Assembly: GCF_900172325.1 (NCBI RefSeq)
Contig: NZ_FWFR01000001.1
Span: forward strand, 1,410,335 to 1,442,334
Length of the DNA: 32,000 nucleotides
Source of the DNA: Oceanibacterium hippocampi
GTDB taxonomy: Bacteria; Pseudomonadota; Alphaproteobacteria; Sneathiellales; Sneathiellaceae
Direction of reading: 5' to 3'
Positions 1 to 9,198 of the stretch are shown here, piece by piece. Made by a program: the position numbers and the translations under genes. Positions within the stretch are counted from its first letter, which is position 1, and each line of letters begins with the position of its first letter. The notes under the pieces are model-generated. The model had not been told where the DNA came from. It was given only the letters and a program-made list of their open reading frames with translations, and searched no databases.

Positions 1-29
1 ACCGCTATCCAGTCGAATGAAGGCCGGAC

Positions 30-1235
30 TCAAAGGCCCAGTATCAGCTTGGCCATGATGTTGCGTTGTATCTCGTTCGAGCCCGCGTAGATCGAGACCT
101 TGCGGAGATTGAAGAAGGACGGCGCCGCCTTGGCCGCGTAGTCGGGTCCGATCGGCGGTTCGTTGCTGGCCGGATCGCCCGGGTCGAAGGCGTTGGCATG
201 CAGGCCGCTCGCCTCCAGCGCCAGGCTCGAGACATCCTGCTGCAACTCGCTGCCGCGGCATTTCATCAGCGACGATTCCGGTCCCATGCGCTGGCCCGAC
301 GATAGGCGGCTGAGAATCCGGAGCTCGGTCATCTCGAGCGCCTGGACGGCGATCTCGGTTTCCGCGAGCTTCATGCGGAAGCTCATGTCGTCGATCACCC
401 GCCGGCCATCGCCTTCCTCTGCCGCGGCGATCTTGCGGACCGAGTTGAGGGCCCGCTTGAGGCGTCCGGAATAGGCGTTGCCGCGCTCGAACTCGAGCAG
501 GTACTTGGCGTAGGTCCAACCCTTGTTGACCTCGCCGATCAGGTTCTCCTTCGGCACCTTCACGTCGTCGAAGAAGACCTGGTTGACCTCCTGCATGCCG
601 GCGCGCGGCATGTCGATCGTGTAGATCGGGTCGACCTTGATGCCCGGGCTCTTCATGTCGATCAGGATGAAGGAGATGCCTTCCTGCGGCTTCGCGGTCT
701 TCTCGGTCCGCACCAGGCAGAAGATCCAGTCGGCCACCTGGGCGTAGGAGGTCCAGATCTTCGAGCCGTTGCAGAGGTAATGGTCGCCCTTGTCCTCGGC
801 CTTCATCTGCAGCGAGGCGAGGTCGGAGCCCGAGCCCGGCTCGGAATAGCCCTGGCACCACCAGACGTTGGTGGCGAGGATATCGGGGAGGAAGCGCTTC
901 TTCTGCGCCTCGCTGCCGAAGGCCATGATCACCGGCGCGACCATCTTCAGGCCGAACGGGATGACGTTCGGCGTATTGGCCGCGGCCATCTCGGTTTCGA
1001 AGATGTATTTCTGCGACGCGCTCCAGCCGCAGCCGCCGTGCTCGACCGGCCAGTTCGGCGCCGCCCAGCCGCGTTCGTGGAGTTTCTTCTGCCAGCGAAC
1101 GTGGTCGTCCTTGCTCAGATAGCCGTTGCGGCTGGCCGCGACCTTGGCGCGCAGATCGTCGTCGAACGCTTCGTCGATGAAGGCGCGGACTTCGTCCCGG
1201 AAGGCAATGTCCTCTGGCGTGAAACTGAGGTCCAT
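30..1235 (-). CDS. acyl-CoA dehydrogenase family protein
   Basis: The translation from MDLSFTPEDIAFRDEV... shows ACAD hallmarks (GYSEPGSGSDLASL, C-terminal IYAGSNEIQRNIMAK). I chose the ATG at 1235 over the 1535 ORF start because the upstream 100 aa are Arg/Ser-rich with no family similarity. Confidence 0.9.
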   Translation of the reverse strand: MDLSFTPEDIAFRDEVRAFIDEAFDDDLRAKVAASRNGYLSKDDHVRWQKKLHERGWAAPNWPVEHGGCGWSASQKYIFETEMAAANTPNVIPFGLKMVAPVIMAFGSEAQKKRFLPDILATNVWWCQGYSEPGSGSDLASLQMKAEDKGDHYLCNGSKIWTSYAQVADWIFCLVRTEKTAKPQEGISFILIDMKSPGIKVDPIYTIDMPRAGMQEVNQVFFDDVKVPKENLIGEVNKGWTYAKYLLEFERGNAYSGRLKRALNSVRKIAAAEEGDGRRVIDDMSFRMKLAETEIAVQALEMTELRILSRLSSGQRMGPESSLMKCRGSELQQDVSSLALEASGLHANAFDPGDPASNEPPIGPDYAAKAAPSFFNLRKVSIYAGSNEIQRNIMAKLILGL

Positions 1236-1356
1236 CGTAGGTTCGTCTCCAACTCGTCCGGCGCGGGCATGTCGATGCCGCGCCGATAGTATAGCGGTGC
1301 GGTCAGCAATCGGCCAAGCGGTTGCGGACACAGACTGTCGCACAGGGGGGGCGCAG

Positions 1357-1767
1357 GTGGCAAAAGGATACAAGGAACTGGTCGCGGACGCCGAGGCCGT
1401 CATCGAGACCTGGACGGTCGAGCGCGCGCTCGCCGAATACGGCAAGCCGGGCGTGACCTTCGTCGATCTGCGGGATGTCCGGGAGCTGCAGCGCGAGGGG
1501 CGGATCCCCGGCGCCCTGCATGCGCCGCGCGGCATGCTGGAATTCTGGATCGACCGCGACAGTCCCTATCATCGCGAACAGTTCGCCAGCGGCGACCGCT
1601 TCGTGTTCTTCTGCGCCGCCGGATGGCGTTCCGCGCTGGCCACCCGGACCGCCCTGGAAATGGGGCTCGAACCGGTCTGCCACATCGCCGGCGGATTCGG
1701 CGCTTGGCGTGAGGCCGGCGGCGCGGTCGCGCCGCTGCCGGAACGCTCGCCGCCGAAACAGGGGTAG
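1357..1767 (+). CDS. rhodanese-domain sulfurtransferase (single domain)
   Basis: Rhodanese active-site loop FFCAAGWRSALA (C-X5-R type). The GTG at 1357 is preceded by a GGGGGG run, and the upstream part of the ORF has non-protein-like composition. Confidence 0.8.
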   Translation: MAKGYKELVADAEAVIETWTVERALAEYGKPGVTFVDLRDVRELQREGRIPGALHAPRGMLEFWIDRDSPYHREQFASGDRFVFFCAAGWRSALATRTALEMGLEPVCHIAGGFGAWREAGGAVAPLPERSPPKQG

Positions 1768-1942
1768 CGACACGCAATTCGCGGGGGCGGAGAGCCGGCG
1801 AGGCGACGGCTTCGCCCGGGCGCGCCATCCGATTGCAATTCCGTTCCCTGCGGCATCGTTGCACGCTATGATATGCATTAAGTTGTAACTGTGCTGGGGG
1901 CGCATATTCGGGGGTCGTGTCTGCCCTTGAGCGGAGGAAAGG

Positions 1943-3169
1943 GTGAGAGACGTTCGACGGGGAGGCGGCGCGGATCGGAAGATCCGCGTGCTCCATATTC
2001 TCGACAAGCTCGGAGTAGACGGCTCTTCCGTGCATGGCGTGTCGCGGGCGGTCGCATGGTGGATCGGCCGCATGGACGCAGACTTCGAAACCCATGTGGT
2101 GAGCCTGCGGGCGGTCGACGCGGCCGCCAAGTTCTTCGACGCCGAGGGAATCGAGGTCGAGTTCGTTTCCGTCGGCCGCTTCGATCCGCTGACTGTCTTC
2201 GCGCTGCTCAAGTTGATCCGCCGCTGGCGGCCGGACGTTCTGCACCTGCACGGTTACGGCGCGACGACCTTCGGGCGACTGGCCGGCTTCCTCGCCGGGG
2301 TGCCGCGGATCGTGCATGAGCATTTCGCGCCGGACCGGCAGGCATTCTTCATCACCGTCGCCGACTGGCTGCTGGCGCCGCTGACCAGTTATGCCATCGC
2401 GGTCTCGGACAATGTCCGGGACTACATGGTCCGATGCCGGAAGATCCCGCCGTCACGGCTGGAGACATTCTTCGTCGGCTTGCCGCTCGACCGCTTCCGG
2501 GCGCCCGACGCCGAGGCCCTGGACAGGCTTCGGGGCGAACTCGGGCTTGCCCCCGGCGACCGGATCCTGGCCAATATCGGACGGCTGACCGATGCGAAGC
2601 GCCAGCATCTCGTGATCGAGGCGCTGCCGGCGATCCTTGAGGGTCACCCGGACGTCCATCTGCTGATCGTCGGCGACGGGCCGGCGATGCCTGACCTGGC
2701 GGCGCTAGCCGAAAGACTCGGAGTCGCAGGCCATGTTCACCTGCTCGGCTACCGGAGCGACATTCCGGCACTGACCACGCTCGCCGACATCGTCGTCATG
2801 CCGTCCTATTCGGAAGGCAAGTCGATCGCCCTGCTGGAGGCGATGAGTGTCGGCAAACCGATCGTCGGCACGCCGCCGGTGATGAGCGACGATCTTCTCC
2901 AGGCGGGCGATTTCGGCCGGGTGATCCCGATCGACGACGTACCGGCGATCGTTCGCGAGGTTTCGCTGCTGCTCGACGATCCCGAACTTGCCCGCCGTTA
3001 TGGCGAGACCGCCCGCGAGATCGCCGGCGACTACGATCTCGACCGCAGCGTCGCCCGCCTGCAATCGATCTATCGGGCGCTCGTCGCCGGGGAACTGCCG
3101 CGGCCGGCCAGCCGGCCGCAACGGCGCAGAGCCCCCCAGCCTCTGCCGGACAGCAGCCCGGGCGGCTGA
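1943..3169 (+). CDS. glycosyltransferase family 4 (GT-B, group 1)
   Basis: N-terminus RVLHILDKLGVDGSS and C-terminal GT1 signature (VVMPSYSEGKSIALLEAMSVGKPIVGT). GTG start with a strong GGAGGA Shine-Dalgarno upstream. Confidence 0.85.
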   Translation: MRDVRRGGGADRKIRVLHILDKLGVDGSSVHGVSRAVAWWIGRMDADFETHVVSLRAVDAAAKFFDAEGIEVEFVSVGRFDPLTVFALLKLIRRWRPDVLHLHGYGATTFGRLAGFLAGVPRIVHEHFAPDRQAFFITVADWLLAPLTSYAIAVSDNVRDYMVRCRKIPPSRLETFFVGLPLDRFRAPDAEALDRLRGELGLAPGDRILANIGRLTDAKRQHLVIEALPAILEGHPDVHLLIVGDGPAMPDLAALAERLGVAGHVHLLGYRSDIPALTTLADIVVMPSYSEGKSIALLEAMSVGKPIVGTPPVMSDDLLQAGDFGRVIPIDDVPAIVREVSLLLDDPELARRYGETAREIAGDYDLDRSVARLQSIYRALVAGELPRPASRPQRRRAPQPLPDSSPGG

Positions 3170-3182
3170 AGCCGGCGCCGGG

Positions 3183-4622
3183 TCAGGCGATCGACTTCCG
3201 CCGGATCCAGAGCGAGGCGGCGCGCAGTTCGTCGACCCGGACGGCGCCTGTTGCCAGGCAGATCAGCAGGTAGGTGGCGGTGCCGCCGGCGGTCGCCGGA
3301 ATCAGGCCGATTTCCGGTCGCAGCAGGTACCAGACGCCGATCGCGGCGCCGCTGGCGACCAGTACCCGGGCCGCCGAGACGACGATCCCGGACCGGAAGT
3401 CGTCCCTGTGGATGCGCCAGTAGAGCATGAACATCAGCGCGCCCTCGGAAATGAAGGTCGCGATGATGGCGCCGTAATAGCCGTAGCGCGGGATCAGGTT
3501 CAGGTTCAGCGCGATATTCAGCAGGATCGTCCAGAACAGGCCGTAGGTGCGGGTCCGCTGGCGGTTCACGGCGCCCAGGAAATGCTCGGCCATGACATTC
3601 AGGCTGGTGAGCACCAGGTAGATCGCGAACAGCCGCATGACCAGGATGCTGTCGGTGAACTCGCCGCCATAGAGGATCTGGATCACCGGTTTCGCCAGCA
3701 TGATCAGGCCGATCCCGGCGAGCCCGCAGAACACCGAAACGTAATTGACCAGCCGGCTGAAGACGAGGCTCAGGCTCTCCCGCGATTCCACGAAGAGCTG
3801 CGAGAAGACCGGGTAGGCGGCGCTGAACGAAACGGCGATGATCAGGGCGACGCCGTAGATCGGCCGGTAGGCGGCGGCATAGGTGCCGACCTCGGCCTCC
3901 GGTCGGAACAGGCCGAGCATCAGCATGTCGATCTTGACGTAGCCCGCATGCAGGATCATCGCCAGCCCGAAGGGCCAGAGTTCCGGCCAGGTCTTGCGGA
4001 TGAAGGCCGGCTCGAAGCGCCAGGGAATGGGCCCCAGCGCGCGGTCGAGGTAGAGCCAGAGGATGATCAGGTAGATGGCGGTCGCGATCGGGAAGCTGAC
4101 CACCACGACATCGAGCGGCAGGCCGGCGAAGGCGATGACGATGGTGCCGGCCAGGATCGCGAAGCGAAGCCCGACCTCGAGGATGCCGACCTCGCGCATC
4201 ATGTTGCGGGCGCGCAGCCGGCCGACCATGATCAGCGAGAAGAAATAGAGGATCTGGTAGGCACCGATCGACAGGCAGATCCACGCCTGTTCGTCGGAGA
4301 AGTCGAGCGCCCAGATGAGCAGCGCGGTGACTGCGAGAAGGACCGGCGTCAGCGCCAGGCCGGCGATGATGTAAGTCGAGAAAAAGCGTGCCTCAAGCGA
4401 CGGATCGCGCGCCACTTCACGCACCGCCACCGATTCAAGCCCGAAGTTCGCGAACATCGCGACGAAGCTCGTGAAGGCCATCGCGAAGGCGTAATGGCCG
4501 AGCCCCTCCTGACCGAAATGGCGGGCCAGGAAGACGAACATGAGGATGGTCAGGACGTCGGCGACGACCTTAAATGCGCCGAGACTCAGCACATTCCCGA
4601 AGGCGCGCTTGCTCGCGGTCAA
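3183..4622 (-). CDS. polysaccharide/oligosaccharide flippase (Wzx, MOP superfamily)
   Basis: 479-aa, highly hydrophobic multi-TM protein with a Wzx-like N-terminus (LARHFGQEGLGHYAFA). TTG is the first possible start (in-frame TGA just upstream) and has a GGGGAG SD 9 nt upstream. Confidence 0.85.
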   Translation of the reverse strand: MTASKRAFGNVLSLGAFKVVADVLTILMFVFLARHFGQEGLGHYAFAMAFTSFVAMFANFGLESVAVREVARDPSLEARFFSTYIIAGLALTPVLLAVTALLIWALDFSDEQAWICLSIGAYQILYFFSLIMVGRLRARNMMREVGILEVGLRFAILAGTIVIAFAGLPLDVVVVSFPIATAIYLIILWLYLDRALGPIPWRFEPAFIRKTWPELWPFGLAMILHAGYVKIDMLMLGLFRPEAEVGTYAAAYRPIYGVALIIAVSFSAAYPVFSQLFVESRESLSLVFSRLVNYVSVFCGLAGIGLIMLAKPVIQILYGGEFTDSILVMRLFAIYLVLTSLNVMAEHFLGAVNRQRTRTYGLFWTILLNIALNLNLIPRYGYYGAIIATFISEGALMFMLYWRIHRDDFRSGIVVSAARVLVASGAAIGVWYLLRPEIGLIPATAGGTATYLLICLATGAVRVDELRAASLWIRRKSIA

Positions 4623-4785
4623 CCGGCGTCACTCCCCGAATAAATCCAGCCCCTGGGCAGGATGCCAGTCGTACTTAACCCGAAAGTCGAAGGCATGCAA
4701 TGCGGCGAAAGGGCGGCTCCGTGCCGTTGCCGGGAGTATGGCCGCCGGGCCGTTACGGAAATGTTAGTGCGCGGAAGGTGCCGCC

Positions 4786-5775
4786 TCAGCCGGCGCGCCG
4801 GAGGGTTGCCGGGGCGATCCGGTCGCGATCATGCGGGGCGTCGAGATCGAGTTCGGGGCCCTTCGGCACGATCCGGGTCGGGTTGATGCTTTCATGGCTG
4901 CCGTAGTAATGGCGCTTGATCTCGTCGATATGCACGGTCTCGGCGACGCCGGGAACCTGGTAGAGCTCGCGCAGGTAGCCGGACAGATTGGGATAGTCGG
5001 CGATGCGCCGCCGGTTGCACTTGAAATGGCCGAAATAGACCGCGTCGAAGCGGATCAGCGTGGTGAACAGCCGCCAGTCGGCCTCGGTCAGCTGCCCGCC
5101 GACGAGGTAACGGTTGTCGGCCAGCCGCTCGTCCAGCCAGTCGAGGGTGTCGAACAGCCTGTCGAAGGCTTCCTCATAGGCCGCCTGGCTGGTCGCGAAG
5201 CCGGCCTTGTAGACCCCGTTGTTGACGTCGTGATAGACGCGTTCGTTCACCGCGTCGATTTCCGCCCTGAGCGCCGCTGGCCGGTAATCCGTGTCGTTGC
5301 GGGCGAAGCTGCCGAAGCCCGCGTTCAGCATGCGGATGATTTCCGAGGATTCGTTGCTGACGATGGTCTTGCCGACTGTGTCGTAGAGGACCGGCACGGT
5401 GACCTTGCCGCTGTAGCGCGGGTCGGCCTGCAGATAGACCTCGTAGAGATGGCGGAAGCCGTTGATCGGGTCCTTGCGCTCGCCGAATTCCCAGCCGTTC
5501 TCCAGCATCAACGGATCGACGGCCGAGATGCTGATCGTCTGTTCCAGCCCCTTCAGCTTGCGGAAGATCGCCGTCCGGTGCGCCCACGGGCAGGCATGGC
5601 TGATATAGAGGTGATAGCGCGCCGTCGCCGCCTTGAACGAGCGGCCGTCGGGGCTGGCGCTGCCGTCCGGGGTGATCCACGAGCGGAAGCTGGAGTCGGG
5701 GCGCTTGAAGCGTCCGTCCGCGGACGGCTTCGCTACCGGTTCGTTGCTCCAGACGCCGTCGATCAGCCGCCCCAT
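4786..5775 (-). CDS. yqjG: glutathionyl-hydroquinone reductase (Xi-class GST, YqjG/ECM4 type)
   Basis: CPWAHR active-site motif (YISHACPWAHRTAIFRKLKGLE). The N-terminus MGRLIDGVW matches my recollection of E. coli YqjG. The ATG at 5775 has a GGAG 5 nt upstream; an alternative ATG lies at 5787. Confidence 0.9.
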   Translation of the reverse strand: MGRLIDGVWSNEPVAKPSADGRFKRPDSSFRSWITPDGSASPDGRSFKAATARYHLYISHACPWAHRTAIFRKLKGLEQTISISAVDPLMLENGWEFGERKDPINGFRHLYEVYLQADPRYSGKVTVPVLYDTVGKTIVSNESSEIIRMLNAGFGSFARNDTDYRPAALRAEIDAVNERVYHDVNNGVYKAGFATSQAAYEEAFDRLFDTLDWLDERLADNRYLVGGQLTEADWRLFTTLIRFDAVYFGHFKCNRRRIADYPNLSGYLRELYQVPGVAETVHIDEIKRHYYGSHESINPTRIVPKGPELDLDAPHDRDRIAPATLRRAG

Positions 5776-5872
5776 CGTGCGCTCCATTCCGTCCGTTGCC
5801 CTCGGCCATGCGCCGCGCGTTATCGTGGCCCTTCCTTTCGAAATGGCGGTAAAGTCCGCGTGATCAAACTAT

Positions 5873-5911
5873 CGATTCGGCACAATACTGTTCGCCGTGT
5901 GTGCACAATCG
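5873..5911. promoter_or_regulatory. imperfect inverted repeat in the yqjG/LysR divergent intergenic region (candidate LysR operator)
   Basis: CGATTCGGCACA (5873-5884) and TGTGCACAATCG (5900-5911) are reverse complements at 10 of 12 positions, separated by 15 nt, between the divergent genes. Confidence 0.3.
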
Positions 5912-5943
5912 GACGAAAGACGGGGCGTCAACCGGGGGGCAAG

Positions 5944-6861
5944 ATGGATAAACTGGCGAATATGGCGGTATTCGCCGCGGTCGTGGAGGAGAAGGGGTTC
6001 TCGGCCGCGGCGCGCCGGCTCGGCATGTCGAAATCGGCGGTGAGCAAGCAGGTTTCCCGGCTCGAGGATTCGCTCGGCGCGCGGCTGCTCAACCGCACCA
6101 CGCGCTCGCTCTCGCTGACCGAGATCGGCGAGGTGTTCTATGGCCATTGCGCGCGGATGCTGGAAGCGGCATCCGATGCCGAGGCTGCGGTCTCCGCCCT
6201 GCATGGCGAGCCGCGCGGTCATCTGCGGGTCGCCCTTCCGATGACCTTCGGGATCCGCGAGGTAGCCCCGGCGGTCGCGGAATTCCTGAAGCGGCATCCC
6301 GCCGTGACCATCGAGATGGAGCTCAACGACCGCTTCGTCGACGTCGTGGCCGATGGCTTCGATCTCGCGGTCCGGGTCGCCGCCCTGCCGGATTCCAGCC
6401 TGATCGCGCGGCGGCTGGCGCCGATGCGGTCGGTGATCTGCGCCAGTCCCGGCTACCTGGCCGAGCATGGCACGCCGGCCACCATCGACGACCTGGCGGG
6501 CCTCAACTGCCTGCATTACAGCAATGCCCCGGCACGCCAGTGGGCCGTTGTCGAGAACGGCAGGGAACGCAAGGTCGAGATCCGCGGCAACCTGATCGCC
6601 AACAACGGCGAGGCGCTGATGGAGGCGGCGACGGCCGGCCTCGGGATCACCATCGCGCCGACCTTCATCGTCGCCGAGGCGCTCCGGCGCGGCGACCTGG
6701 TCACCATCCTCGACCAGTGTCACCGCAGCGACGAGGCCTCCGTCTTCGCGCTCTATCCCCATCGTCGCCACCTGTCGCCGAAAGTCCGGGCCTTCATCGA
6801 CTTTCTCGCCGACCGTTTCGCGCCCACCCCGCCCTGGGAGGTCGGGCTGACGCTCCCCTGA
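5944..6861 (+). CDS. LysR-family transcriptional regulator
   Basis: N-terminal wHTH (FAAVVEEKGFSAAARRLGMSKSAVSKQVSRLEDSLGARLLNRTTR) followed by a LysR substrate-binding domain. ATG at 5944 with a GGGGGG SD. The 5-prime part of the 676-aa ORF is antisense to yqjG. Confidence 0.9.
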   Translation: MDKLANMAVFAAVVEEKGFSAAARRLGMSKSAVSKQVSRLEDSLGARLLNRTTRSLSLTEIGEVFYGHCARMLEAASDAEAAVSALHGEPRGHLRVALPMTFGIREVAPAVAEFLKRHPAVTIEMELNDRFVDVVADGFDLAVRVAALPDSSLIARRLAPMRSVICASPGYLAEHGTPATIDDLAGLNCLHYSNAPARQWAVVENGRERKVEIRGNLIANNGEALMEAATAGLGITIAPTFIVAEALRRGDLVTILDQCHRSDEASVFALYPHRRHLSPKVRAFIDFLADRFAPTPPWEVGLTLP

Positions 6862-6913
6862 GCGGACCGCCGCCGCCATCGCTTCGCCGCAATTTTCCCA
6901 TAACGACAGCGCC

Positions 6914-7675
6914 ATGCGGATTGGGAACAAGGTCTGGCACGTTCTCGCGGCGGCGCTCGGGTTGCTTGGCCCCGCCGTGTCCGGTGCCGCCGCGCGCGCG
7001 GAACCGGTCGACGTGGAACTGGTGCTGGCGGTCGACGTGTCCTCCAGCGTCGACTGGACCGAGTTCGGCCTGCAGATGCGCGGCATCGCCGCCGCCTTCC
7101 GCGAACCCGACCTGCATGCCACCCTGCGCGAGGGCCGCCATGGCGCGATCGCCGTGGTGCTCGTGCAATGGGCCGGGCCGGCGATGCAGCAGGTCGTCGT
7201 CGACTGGCAGCGGATCGGGGACGCCGCCGCCGCCGAACGCTTCGCCAACGCGATCGACGCGACGTCGCGCAGCTTCCCGACCGGCGGCACCGCGATCGCC
7301 GAGGCGCTCGATTTCGTCGCCCCCCTGTTCGACGGCAACGGCTTCGAGGGCGACCGCCGCGTCGTCGATATCTCCGGCGACGGCCGGGCGACCGCCGGGA
7401 CCGCGCCCGGCGCCGCGCGCGACCGGATCGTTGCTCGGGGCGTGACGGTCAACGGGCTGGCGATCCTGAACGACGAGCCCGACCTCGTCGATTACTACGA
7501 AGGCGAACTGATCGGCGGCCAGGCCGCCTTCGTCCAGCCGGCTTCCGACTACGCCGACTTCGCCGATGCATTGCGCGCGAAACTGCTGCGCGAGGTGCGG
7601 GGCGGCTGGTACGGCGCCGGGCGGCTCGACGCCGGCGATATCCACGTCGCCGGCCGCGCGACGGCGGTTCGATGA
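6914..7675 (+). CDS. secreted DUF1194-type vWA-like protein
   Basis: Signal peptide (LAAALGLLGPAVSGAAARA|EP), MIDAS-like DVSSS motif in VLAVDVSSSVD, and later VVDISGDG. The family assignment is from memory of DUF1194 sequences. Confidence 0.75.
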   Translation: MRIGNKVWHVLAAALGLLGPAVSGAAARAEPVDVELVLAVDVSSSVDWTEFGLQMRGIAAAFREPDLHATLREGRHGAIAVVLVQWAGPAMQQVVVDWQRIGDAAAAERFANAIDATSRSFPTGGTAIAEALDFVAPLFDGNGFEGDRRVVDISGDGRATAGTAPGAARDRIVARGVTVNGLAILNDEPDLVDYYEGELIGGQAAFVQPASDYADFADALRAKLLREVRGGWYGAGRLDAGDIHVAGRATAVR

Positions 7676-7690
7676 GCGCCTGAGGCGGCC

Positions 7691-8935
7691 TCAGCCGGTC
7701 CCGTTGCCGCCTGTCATTTCCGTGAGATGGGCAAGCAGGGCCGCCCGGTCCGGCCGGCAATCGTCTTCCAGCCAGAGGCTTTCGAGGCGCGCCAGCACCC
7801 GTCCGACGGCCGGGCCGGGCGACATCCCGGCGGCCAGGAGATCGGCCCCCTGCAGCGGGAAGGCCGGGACCGGCAACGACGCGATCCGTTCCGGCAGCCC
7901 GGCGAAGCCGGCTTCCCGCGGGCTCGCGGCCCAGGCGAGCAGGGCGCGGTCCCGCATCGTCTCCGGGTCGGTCCGATAGAGACCGCGCAGGATCGCGCCG
8001 TCGTCCATATCCGCCGCGAGCCGCGGTTCGCCGGCAAGCAGCCGGCAGAGCCGCGCGGCCCCGGCATTCGACAGCCGAAGCCGTTTCGCCGCGCTCCGCG
8101 CCCGTTCCATGTTGCGTTCGACGTTGTTGTCGGCGAGCAGGGCGGCAAGCCGGACCAGGCTGTCGCTCTCCTCGGGCAGGGCAAGCAGCGCCTCGATCCG
8201 GCCGAGCCCGCCGGCTTCGGGAAGGACCGCGGCGAGCACGCCGCAATCGCGCATCGGGCCGAGCCCGGCCAGCGGATCGGGCAGGGCCAGCAGGCGGAAC
8301 AGTTCGCCCCGCACCCGCTCGGCGGACAGCCGCTCAAGCGCGCCGGCGGCCTCGGCGCAGGCGGCGATCGCCGCCTCGTCGGGCGCCCCCCTGGCGAAGC
8401 GCGCATGGAAACGGAAGAAGCGCAGCACCCGCAGGTAATCCTCGGCGATCCGCGTCGCCGCCTCGCCGATGAAGCGGACCCGGCCGGCCTTCAGGTCGTC
8501 GAGCCCGCCGGTCAGGTCGTGAATCGTTCCGTCCGGCTCGGCGAACAGCGCGTTGATCGTGAAATCGCGGCGTTCCGCGTCCGCCTGCCAGTCGTCGACG
8601 AAGGCGACCCGGGCATGGCGACCGAAATGCTCCACATCGCGCCTGAGGGTGGTGATCTCGAAGCGCCGCTCGCCGATCACCCCGGTGATCGTGCCGTGCT
8701 CGATGCCGATCGGGAGGGCGCGGATGGCGGCCGCGGCAAGCCGCGCCATCACCGTCTCCGGCGGCTCGGGCGTGGCGATGTCGACATCCTCGGGCGTGAC
8801 TCCGATCAGCGCGTCGCGCACGCAGCCGCCGACGAAGCGGACCGGGGCACCGCCGGCGCCGAGCGCCGACAGGACCGCCGCCGTTTCCGGCCAGCCCATC
8901 CAGTCCGGGGGATCGATCCGCGTCGTCGCGGTCAT
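7691..8935 (-). CDS. cca: CCA tRNA nucleotidyltransferase (class II, poly(A) polymerase family)
   Basis: GGCVRDALIG...DVDIAT nucleotidyltransferase motif, then EITTLRRD and RRDFTINAL. I chose the ATG at 8935, which overlaps the upstream gene's stop by 4 nt. Confidence 0.85.
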   Translation of the reverse strand: MTATTRIDPPDWMGWPETAAVLSALGAGGAPVRFVGGCVRDALIGVTPEDVDIATPEPPETVMARLAAAAIRALPIGIEHGTITGVIGERRFEITTLRRDVEHFGRHARVAFVDDWQADAERRDFTINALFAEPDGTIHDLTGGLDDLKAGRVRFIGEAATRIAEDYLRVLRFFRFHARFARGAPDEAAIAACAEAAGALERLSAERVRGELFRLLALPDPLAGLGPMRDCGVLAAVLPEAGGLGRIEALLALPEESDSLVRLAALLADNNVERNMERARSAAKRLRLSNAGAARLCRLLAGEPRLAADMDDGAILRGLYRTDPETMRDRALLAWAASPREAGFAGLPERIASLPVPAFPLQGADLLAAGMSPGPAVGRVLARLESLWLEDDCRPDRAALLAHLTEMTGGNGTG

Positions 8936-9198
8936 TGCGGCTTTGGCGGGATGACATGGCCCGGCACGATACGGCCGTCCTCGACGCGCGGCGGGACATA
9001 CTCGCCCTCGATCGAATCCTCGCCGACGAGTCGCAAGGCGATCAGGCTCAGGATCGACAGGACGAGGCCGATCGCGGTCAGCCAGAACCAGGCCGTTCGC
9101 GTCCATTCGCCGCCCCGGCGCGAGAACTTCAGATAAAGCAGGTACGCCGCGAAGGGCAGCAGGAAAGGCAGACCGTGAATCAGGATTTTCTGAAGCAT
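8932..9198 (-). CDS. small two-TM membrane protein (DUF6111-like)
   Basis: 88 aa with two hydrophobic helices. It is wedged between the Nudix gene and cca with start/stop overlaps on both sides (TGATG at 9196-9200, ATGA at 8932-8935). Confidence 0.6.
   Translation of the reverse strand: MLQKILIHGLPFLLPFAAYLLYLKFSRRGGEWTRTAWFWLTAIGLVLSILSLIALRLVGEDSIEGEYVPPRVEDGRIVPGHVIPPKPQ

Noticed and set aside
1768-1942. Possible terminator hairpins (AGCCG...CGGCT) after the rhodanese gene and a promoter (TTGCAC / TATGAT) before the glycosyltransferase gene.
   Set aside because: The hairpins are short and lack a T-tract. The -35/-10 spacing did not fit any standard arrangement I could verify by eye.
2988-4643. 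551-aa plus-strand ORF overlapping the flippase gene.
   Set aside because: It is a mirror-frame ORF typical of very GC-rich DNA. Its translation is Arg/Asp/Gly/Pro/Gln-rich with no recognisable fold, whereas the opposite strand encodes a coherent multi-TM MOP flippase.
5869-7452. 527-aa minus-strand ORF across the LysR and DUF1194 genes. The 432-aa plus-strand ORF at 6147-7445 is a similar case.
   Set aside because: These are shadow ORFs with Arg/Ala/Pro-rich low-complexity translations. The plus-strand frames chosen instead have clear family motifs (wHTH, MIDAS).
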